A DNA stretch of 64,000 nucleotides from Octopus bimaculoides (lineage: Eukaryota). The translations under genes and the position numbers were made by a program. Positions 55,146-64,000 of this stretch are shown here, one piece after another; position 1 is the first letter of the stretch; every line of letters starts with the position of its first letter. The DNA is taken from NCBI RefSeq assembly GCF_001194135.2, contig NC_069001.1:22140269-22204268 (forward strand). The letters are read 5' to 3'. The notes under the pieces are model-generated. The model did not search any database and was not told the origin of the DNA. It saw only the letters and a list, made by a program, of their open reading frames with translations.

Positions 55146-55632
55146 ATATGTTCAACATAAAAATGAAACGGAAACTTCTGACACATATGTACAGATATAA
55201 CCAGTTATTTGTCCAGTACTAGTGAGGAATATATATCTAGAAATAGGTGGCCTCCACACCACATATATATGAACACTCGCGTACGTGTGTGAAGACACAA
55301 AGAGAGAGAAAGAGCATTGCGAGGTACTAGTTTCCTTAGTATTATACAAGCTGGTTTGAATTCTAATATATATTTAAAAGATAGATTTTTGGTTTGCTAT
55401 AAAAATAGAATACATTCAACTCGATATTTAAAGTTATATCCAAAAGATTAAGACTGAGATGAGTATGATCAGTAATGTGTGTGTGTGTCTGAGTGTGTGT
55501 TTAAAATCAAGCGCGCAATATGCATTTAAGTATAACCTAGCTGTGACAAGATATATTCATTTTCATATATATGTATGCACACACACACACAAACACACAC
55601 ATATACACACACACACACACGTACACGTGTAG

Positions 55633-55670
55633 ATATAATGGGACATCTGTTGGATATAATGGTGAAGAAC
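55633..55670 (+). CDS. Candidate exon 5 (weak acceptor)
   Basis: YNGTSVGYNGEE; phase 2 in, phase 1 out, bridging exons 4 and 6; lacks a polypyrimidine tract. Confidence 0.2.
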
Positions 55671-55956
55671 GTATATCCAGAAATAAGAAGCCTTTAATAT
55701 TTATATAATATTTCATGGAATCAGTATCCTTGGTTTGTTATACATTACTAAGAAATGTGGCGAAGTGTTGCAGGAAAATAAATCACTTACACCAGTCTGT
55801 TGAAACAATATATTCAAATTAAAACCACATAATTCTGTGAAAGAAATATCATAAGAAAGATACTGACTTAAAATCAGGAAAATATATCACAATTAAATAG
55901 TCTTTTCAGTCTCAAACATATATGAATATAAATAATTTCGTTTTTATAATTTTCAG

Positions 55957-56052
55957 GAAATCAGAACGTAATCATTACGTTTATGAATTTATGTTGCAAG
56001 ATTCCTGATGGGAAACCGTGTGTTGAAACAGATATTGCTGTACTTCAGGATG
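55957..56052 (+). CDS. Candidate exon 6
   Basis: Strong acceptor TTTTCAG, donor GTAATT; 96 nt open in phase 1-1: NQNVIITFMNLCCKIPDGKPCVETDIAVLQD. Confidence 0.45.
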
Positions 56053-56541
56053 GTAATTTTTGCTATTTTTGTCGTCTTAAAAAGATCATCACAACACCAC
56101 TTTATAAACCTGTGTGTCTCCTCCAGAGCGTACACTACCACGATTACTAATAAGATGGAGAAACTACAACTAACAAGGGTACAGGCTGAAAATAAGAACA
56201 GTTATAAACGATTGAAGAATGAATATGTAGTGCGTGTGTTTATTTGGCAAGAAAAAAAAAATGATCGTCCTGAAATACAAGAACGTAATCAGTCTCCCAG
56301 CAATGAAATGTGTGACTAGTTTTAATTCATTTTTTTAAAATTTAAAGTAAGAGTACTAACTACGCAAAACGTAGCATTCATTATAATACAGTAAGGTGAT
56401 CAAGCGAAATACATTAATTTACTTTTAATCATAGTAAGATTGTTTTGTATTTTTTACTAGTCAATTTAAATTGGCTAACGTGTGCATACCAAGCTTTTGA
56501 AATTGTATCTATTTTAGAAAGGATTATTATTCTTTTCTACT

Positions 56542-56730
56542 CTATATATGGATCTAGATTACAAGATAATATGTCGAATACAAGTTATTTAAATATGGTT
56601 CCTCAAGTTCTTGTGTATTAAGAGCTGTGGGCGCCATGTATATATCAAGTAATGTATGGTCTGGATTGTAATATGTGAATATGCGTGTAGGCATCTGGGT
56701 AATTGTTCAGTGAATTTATCTATAATGCTC
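56542..56730 (-). repeat. Unclassified dispersed repeat, copy 2
   Basis: Matches 38372-38545, and 38807-38825 in the opposite sense. Confidence 0.65.
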
Positions 56731-57394
56731 TCAACTTTTTTGATACAATTTTTTGTTGCATGGGGCTAAAACTATGACATTCTTCATGCTTTCGTCTATC
56801 ATTGAAACTAAGTTAAATATATTTTGCCTTAAAAAAATAAAAGCGATATTTAGATCTAAATTCGATTGGTGGCGTTTCTTACTCTCCTATAACGTTGCTA
56901 CCAATTTTGATGTAAACTTTTTTCTACTCCACCAAATCTCAATATTGTTATGCCAAATCGTAGCTAGGGACCATTACTATTCAAAAATGGTAACAGTTTT
57001 CAATTTGATTAAGAACTGAATTAGCGACAAGCTCTGAAAGATGCTGTGGGTGAGCAAATTGCGGCCTTAAGAATGTTAATCAACTTCTACAATAGTTGAA
57101 TGGTTATACCATCGTTTTGTATATAGCAGACGGTATTGGCCAATGTGTTATTAAATGTCTTTTAGAAAATGATTGAAAGGTTTAAAATAATGAAATATGA
57201 AAAGGAAACGGAAAATGTAATTAAATAACATTTAAACATTTATAAAAGAATTCAAATTAACTCGAAAACATGTAATATTTTTTAAATACTTTTTTTTTTT
57301 AAATTTGTAACTTATTTAAGATTGAAATGTTTTAGTACATTAAGTACATTAGCTGTATTGAAACACTTCGCTGGTTGTTTAAATGATTCAGTTC

Positions 57395-57960
57395 AATGGT
57401 AGTTGCAATAACAGCAGTTGCTATTATGACAAAACTAGTAATGGCCGTAATGATGCATCTAAGCCGTAGTTGTACGAACAAAGACCAGCAGTTCTAATGA
57501 CAAAGATCAGCTCAATGTGAGGTGTTTTGAAACAGTTAAGATGTGGTTGTAATAGTTGTTGTAATGAAATATTTCAGCGTTGATTGTAATGAGATCTTAG
57601 AAACCTTTATAATGACAGACCACGTTGAAAGTTTTAATGACACAACTTCGTGTTGATTATAATGAAAGTGGTAAGTGGTGATTATAATGACAAACATTGC
57701 GATGATTTTAATGAAACAAATCAGCGATATTTGTAATATTTCGATTTTCCTAAATATAGAGTTGATTATATTGAAACAAAACAGTATTAAATGTAATGAA
57801 ACCGCTAAATAGTGGTTGTAATGACACCACGCTCTGGAAATAACTTTGTACTGATTGCAATAACACAAATTTTGACGGTTGTTATAAGAGAGCACAACAG
57901 GGGTTGTATTGACAAAGTATTGCAATGACAAAGTCTTGAATGTTTCTAATGAAACAACTT
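57395..57960. repeat. Degenerate minisatellite, unit about 24 bp, core TTGTAATGAMA
   Basis: Core motif recurs roughly 20 times with variable spacers. Confidence 0.6.
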
Positions 57961-58110
57961 CATGAATGAGGAAGCTGCTGGCTCAATCTCTTGTATTTTT
58001 ACTCTGAAGTTTCTGCAGCAAGCCAATACTTTTGACCTTGAAAGATCGTTGCCTGTTTGTCTTGCCGGGCTGAAACATGTAATTTTGTATCCGTTGAAGT
58101 TTAGATTTTA

Positions 58111-58331
58111 ATCTTTTACTTCTTTCCAACATTACACTGCGGCCATGTTGGGGCACTGCCTTGAAGAATTTTTTAGTTGAATAGATCGATCCAAGTACTT
58201 ATTTTTTAAAGCCTGGTACTTATTCTATCGGTGTCTTTTGCCAAACCGTAAAGTTACAGGGTTGTAAACACACCAAGATCGGTTGTCGAGCGGTGGTGGG
58301 GGACAAACACAGACACAAAGATAAAAACACG

Positions 58332-58374
<43 letters not shown>

Positions 58375-58767
58375 TGGTTGGTGCGGAAGACGGAGTGTAA
58401 ATTGAGGATTTATTTAGTACAACAATCATTTCGGCTTCGTTCTGCACTGCTCTCTGGTGGGTGTGAGACGATCTAATAACATCGGATGCAACGCACAGTT
58501 CAGGAACCCTGATCTGGTGATGTAACATGCTTCAAAAGTTATAAGATTCACATCTCGCTTCAAGATTATATACTGGTGATGACCTGCTAGCTGTTCAGAC
58601 ACATGGAAGTCATAAGTGGTGAATGTGCTCGGCAGGCACACAACTTAGGACTTCCCGAAATAAGGTTTAGCTACTGCATTTAATGCCTCCTTTCTAAACC
58701 ACAATTTTATATTTTTAATTAAATTTATACATACATACATACATATATATATATATGTGTATGTGTA

Positions 58768-58821
<54 letters not shown>

Positions 58822-58937
58822 CAAGGCTTTGGTCGGCTCAAGGCTATAGTAGAAGACGCATGCCCAAGGTGACACGCAGGGGGACTGAACCCGGAACCAT
58901 GTGGTTAGGAAGCAAATTTCTTACTACACAGCCACAT
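58111..58937 (-). mobile_element. SINE family A split by an about 350-bp insert in its central microsatellite
   Basis: 5' half at 58820-58937 and 3' half at 58111-58330, in correct order on the minus strand. Confidence 0.65.
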
Positions 58938-59789
58938 TTGATTCAATTTTTTAAACGTCTTATGTTCTGGTTCAAAAGCGAGTAATGTCTCCCACTTGAG
59001 GAGCCTGGCAAGAATGATAGCAATACCGAATGATCAAGAATTTCGCTAAAGATGTTATTCGCACGTGTAAATCGGTTGAGCGCCCTCGATCTTTCGTTTT
59101 CAAGGATCGTGAAGAAAGGAGAGTAATAGTGGAAATGAGGAACCGAGATGTTACATATGTTGCTGCAAATTGAGCCACCTTGGGATATTTTGTTCCTCGG
59201 TGAAGACGAACGCCGTTGTTAACCACTATTGACAACATCCCGACCACTGCAGTTACAAAAACAGTAGTGTCAACAGTAAACATAAAAACACAGCGGCAAC
59301 AACAATAACAAACTTAGACAGAAGAACCCCGCCAAATTGTACCGTCCTACCATAGCTATCAACAACTGAATAAATCACAGCCAAACAAAGCAATAACACA
59401 TTAAATGTCATGCAGACCAAACACAATCACAAAATATCCAAATGCCAGTATTTGAAGAGTGGTCAAGAAGTAAGAGAGAAAGGACAGGCAATTTCAGCCA
59501 CCTGACTCCTAACAAAAAAACCTTCATCTTTGTTGTTGTACCAAGCCAAACAACACTGTAAAAAGGGGTTCAAATAATTTAACAATTCAAAACCGCTTGA
59601 CCAGGTTGTATCTCGTTCATTTAGAATTAATAATTATCATATATATATTCATTTACATGTTTGACAAAAAAAAAAAACGATAGTCTCACCTCGGCAAAAC
59701 CTACATACTAAATCGCCTTCCTGCCCTACCAACATATTGAACTATTAAAATACTGAGAAGGTGTTTTATCATTAAATTAAATTATTACT

Positions 59790-60000
59790 CTCTTATCTTT
59801 TCTTAATGACCTACAATATGGTAGATCCATTGGTGACCTCATCTCTTCTGTCATTCACAATGGACTCTTGCCGTCGAGGAATTTCGTACATCAGGAAACC
59901 TTTCCACTTAACTATAGAAACATCCTGCCAGTGGGTTCCACCTATTTCTCATCTTTTGGAATGGTATCTTCGTATCAGACAACTTTATCTGCCCCTCATT
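59790..60000 (+). mobile_element. Possible decayed Neptune-type PLE RT-thumb fragment
   Basis: Frameshifted DLISSVIHNGLL / YIRKP..TSC / YLRIRQL. Confidence 0.3.
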
Positions 60001-60650
60001 CTATCAACTCCAACATGCATAAAGGTTCGTCTTTTTGTACTCCTCATTCTTTTTCCGTACATAACTGCTTTAGCTGTCACCATTTCCAAATCTCATCCTT
60101 TTACAGATGTCAATACACATCACTCACTCGCCCATCACTGATTTAAGCTTCTCCATCCACTCCAAAAAATAATCAACTCTGTCAATATAATAAACCACAG
60201 TTAATTTTGTGACCAATAAAATATAAAATTTATAGGTAATTATTGCAATGTTGAGGAGCTAGTGTATTCTACATTGCAATAATGTATTATTTTTGTTGTC
60301 TGTGGCATTTTTATATGATTTTTATTAATTCGCATCTCATTAATGGCATTATTAAATTCTTAGGTGACTTTAGCCAGAAGATAAGAAATGCGATGAATAT
60401 ATGATAGCAATATTTACAATGATTCGTTTCATTGTATTTCATAATTGTTCTATATTAATAATTTAATTTAGTGATAAAACACCTTCTAAGTAATTTAGTA
60501 GTTCAATATGTTGGTAGGGTAGGAAGACGATTTAGTATGTACGCTTTTTTGAGGTGAAACTATCGTCTTCTTTTTGTCAAACCTCTAAATCAATATATAT
60601 GTGATAATAATTAATGCTAAATGAAATCAATAGAATTACATCTTTTGCAG

Positions 60651-60706
60651 TCTCCGATGTCCCATATATGAAGCAAATTAAAGACGACCTCAAAATGTTT
60701 AAATAG
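60651..60706 (+). CDS. Candidate terminal exon
   Basis: Acceptor TCTTTTGCAG; phase 1: SDVPYMKQIKDDLKMFK*. Confidence 0.25.
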
Positions 60707-61479
60707 CAGTTGAAGAGTGGCCAGGGAAGGAGAGAAAGAAGTTCAGGTGATTTCAGCAACGCGAACCTCCCGAAAGTCCAAAATTTATTTCTGCCAAGCC
60801 AAGGAAAAGCGAATGTTGCAGCCATTCGACAGGCAAATAACAAACGAGGCTGCTTGATCTGGTTGTATTATCCTCAAAAAATATCCTCAAAAAATCATAC
60901 TCAGGTTTGGCATTGTATGACTTCTGTGTTCTCCACACCGAACAAAATATTTATGCAAAAATATTCCTTTATTTAATGTTTATTTCTGTTTCTTTTTTCT
61001 GGTGTTACTTGGTGAACTCACACATGTATAGCATATGCAAATACACATTCTTAGGTACATAATCACGTGCGCAAATATAAGGAGAGGAGCTAAGAGAGCA
61101 TATCATTTGTGCATTAAATTGTAATGAGATAAAACAGGGCCTGATTAGACACGATGCCCAAAGTATACGAATTCACGTTGTTTCAAAGACAGCAAATCAG
61201 TAAAGTGTGGTGTAATACAGTACAGTTTTACTACAGTTCATTTTACTTTAAACATAATCGTGCAGCTTTTCACTTGGTGAAGAAGAACCTCTCTAAGAAG
61301 TTTCTTGGGAATTGCTCTTTCAATCAATCTCTCTCTTTCCCTCATTTTCTGTTTCGCTGCCTCTTTTACTTTCTTCAAAAGGGAAGTCAGTAACATCTGC
61401 TTTATATGCGCGAGCGTGTATGTCTGTGTGTGCATATACGTGGTGTGCACGTATGTATGTATATCTATATACATACATG

Positions 61480-61561
<82 letters not shown>

Positions 61562-62137
61562 NNNNNNNNNNNNNNNNNNNNNNNNNNNNNNNNNNNNNNN
61601 NNNNNNNNNNNNNNNNNNNNNNNNNNNNNNNNNNNNNNNNNNNNNNNNNNNNNNNNNNNNNNNNNNNNNNNNNNNNNNNNNNNNNNNNNNNNNNNNNNNN
61701 NNNNNNNNNNNNNNNNNNNNNNNNNNNNNNNNNNNNNNNNNNNNNNNNNNNNNNNNNNNNNNNNNNNNNNNNNNNNNNNNNNNNNNNNNNNNNNNNNNNN
61801 NNNNNNNNNNNNNNNNNNNNNNNNNNNNNNNNNNNNNNNNNNNNNNNNNNNNNNNNNNNNNNNNNNNNNNNNNNNNNNNNNNNNNNNNNNNNNNNNNNNN
61901 NNNNNNNNNNNNNNNNNNNNNNNNNNNNNNNNNNNNNNNNNNNNNNNNNNNNNNNNNNNNNNNNNNNNNNNNNNNNNNNNNNNNNNNNNNNNNNNNNNNN
62001 NNNNNNNNNNNNNNNNNNNNNNNNNNNNNNNNNNNNNNNNNNNNNNNNNNNNNNNNNNNNNNNNNNNNNNNNNNNNNNNNNNNNNNNNNNNNNNNNNNNN
62101 NNNNNNNNNNNNNNNNNNNNNNNNNNNNNNNNNNNNN

Positions 62138-62179
<42 letters not shown>

Positions 62180-62299
62180 CAGTTGTTTTGTCATGTCTGA
62201 CATTAAGAGTTTAGTCATGCAATTGACTAGATTTTGTTTAATTTATAGATGCCTTTCATATCTCGCTATGAATACACTTCTCTGTACATATACATACTT

Positions 62300-62315
62300 A
62301 CATACGGGCATGCAT

Positions 62316-62350
<35 letters not shown>

Positions 62351-62528
62351 CATGAAAAGAATATATATATATATATCGATATATATATATATATGGATAT
62401 ATATATATGTATATATACACACATATACATATGTACATATTATACATTTATTATTATACAGATATTATGCACAAACACACACCGACTTATATGCACAAGC
62501 ATATTTACTCATACAGATTGTCACACGT

Positions 62529-62588
<60 letters not shown>

Positions 62589-62810
62589 GTAAGCATTTAT
62601 GTATATGTATCCCTCCATCTCTTTATCTATATACATATATATTATATATATACTTATGCATACATACACACATATATATATATATACATGTACACACACA
62701 CACACACACATATATATTATGTATGCATATATATATATATATATATATGTATGTGCGTGTGTGTATATATATATATGTATATTTATTTATTTATATATAT
62801 ATATATTATC
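62300..62810. repeat. Long degenerate (TA)/(CA) low-complexity tract
   Basis: Direct reading. Confidence 0.95.
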
Positions 62811-62829
62811 TGGATTTTATAGTAATCAG

Positions 62830-64000
62830 TATCCATCACGGCTGTCCTTACCAATCGGTTTCGCGAACAAGATACAATGAAGTGTTAGGTTAGAATCCAA
62901 TTATATAATTCCGCCCATCAGAGGTAAACGGCATGGAAGGCAATATGGCGGCTGCTCTCCACTACCGTAGGTGGGTTAGCACAATCAGTCGGCATCTACT
63001 GCAAAAAAAGTGGTGGAATGAAAATGAACAAGGGGATTTGGCTAGGAGTTATTTCCCTTGCTTGGGTATGTTGTGAAGCCGGCAAGAGTTATCTTGAAGT
63101 GGGCAAAATTTGTATTAATAACGTGGTACCTCTGCGAAGATGGGTGTGTGGTATGGAATGTGTGGTATGGGGTGTTTGGTATGAGTAGCGGTGTCATACG
63201 TATAAATTTTTCTGTGGGTATATTTATATATAGCGCTGTGTTCATTGTTCTATTTTCTTTCTGTAAAGGATAAAGCTGTGGGGTCTTTTTGATATTATTC
63301 TGCGGTGTGTAATGCATAATATGTGTTTAGAAGGTCTGTGTATATGAGTGAGTATAGTTTGCGTGAGGGGGTATGTGCTGGGGTTAGTGGGGATAGTTAC
63401 ATGCGGGTTGTCCGTCTTTTCGGGGTGTTCGTAGACGTACATATGTACGTTAGTGTGTGTCTTGGTCAAACTCTTTTTGCAGGGCCCAAGGGCATTGCTG
63501 AAAGGTCGTTTGCGGAAGGTCGAAGCAGGGGATCTGTGGCTGCAGTCATGATAAGTGGTGCAGGTACGATAGAATGTACTTTCTTTCATGCTGACAGCGA
63601 TTAAACACCTCATTCCTGATATTGAGGTAAGCATCCGGTCGTGGGGTACCTTTTAAGATCGCTGTCTTCTCAGCCAGGCATAATCTACACTTCATGTTAC
63701 TATTGATGTACGGCTTGCATTTTTCTATGATCTTCCACTTTATGCCGTACTCCGTGGCGCTTTTTTTAAATCCCAGACGTTCTTGGCTAGGATTATGGTG
63801 TTACGTCTCTCTGGGATTTTGAATGTGGACTTGTGGTTAAAGCGAGTTCTGGAGGGGACTTCCTTTCCCTCACAAATTTCTGCGCGCTCGGTTGGAAACA
63901 TTTTCTTGGTCTGTACTTTACCAGATGTAATAAGCTGTCCTGAACTTTTCCAAGTGTGATAACTTGTCCTGTAGTTTCCAGGTTTATAATATCAAGAATA
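62830..64000 (-). mobile_element. PLE 3' end: GIY-YIG C-terminal half (stop at 63546-63548), 3' UTR and hammerhead
   Basis: RFNHKSTF..LAKNVWDLKK / EYGIKWKIIEKCKPY..CRLCLAEK..LNIRNE..CQH; one -1 frameshift in the A-run at 63761-63767. Confidence 0.85.
62846..62924 (-). ncRNA. Type I hammerhead ribozyme with one core change (A9 to G)
   Basis: CCT-CTGATGG-GCGGA...TTCGC-GAAAC-CGATTG-GTA-AGG. Confidence 0.6.

Overview
AT-rich, microsatellite-saturated eukaryotic genomic DNA from a gapped short-read scaffold, with ten N-gaps mostly at (TA)n tracts. The SINE families resemble octopus/cephalopod SINEs; this is recognition from memory, not a search. The window holds no prokaryotic features and no intact long gene, and almost every ORF in the supplied track is an artefact of microsatellites or Ns. 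Recognisable content is a transposon graveyard: at least three decayed Penelope-like retroelements (PLEs) of two types, a mariner pseudogene, a fold-back mariner MITE, hAT and pogo MITEs, an R4/Dong-like fragment, LINE remnants and about 15 tRNA-derived SINE copies. The most notable signal is a set of type I hammerhead ribozyme motifs at PLE-derived ends. One of them (25565-25651) has an intact core and lies in a 160-bp inverted repeat opposite a core-mutated copy. A phase-compatible multi-exon model for a small, possibly secreted protein can be read at 53.2-60.7 kb, with low to moderate confidence.
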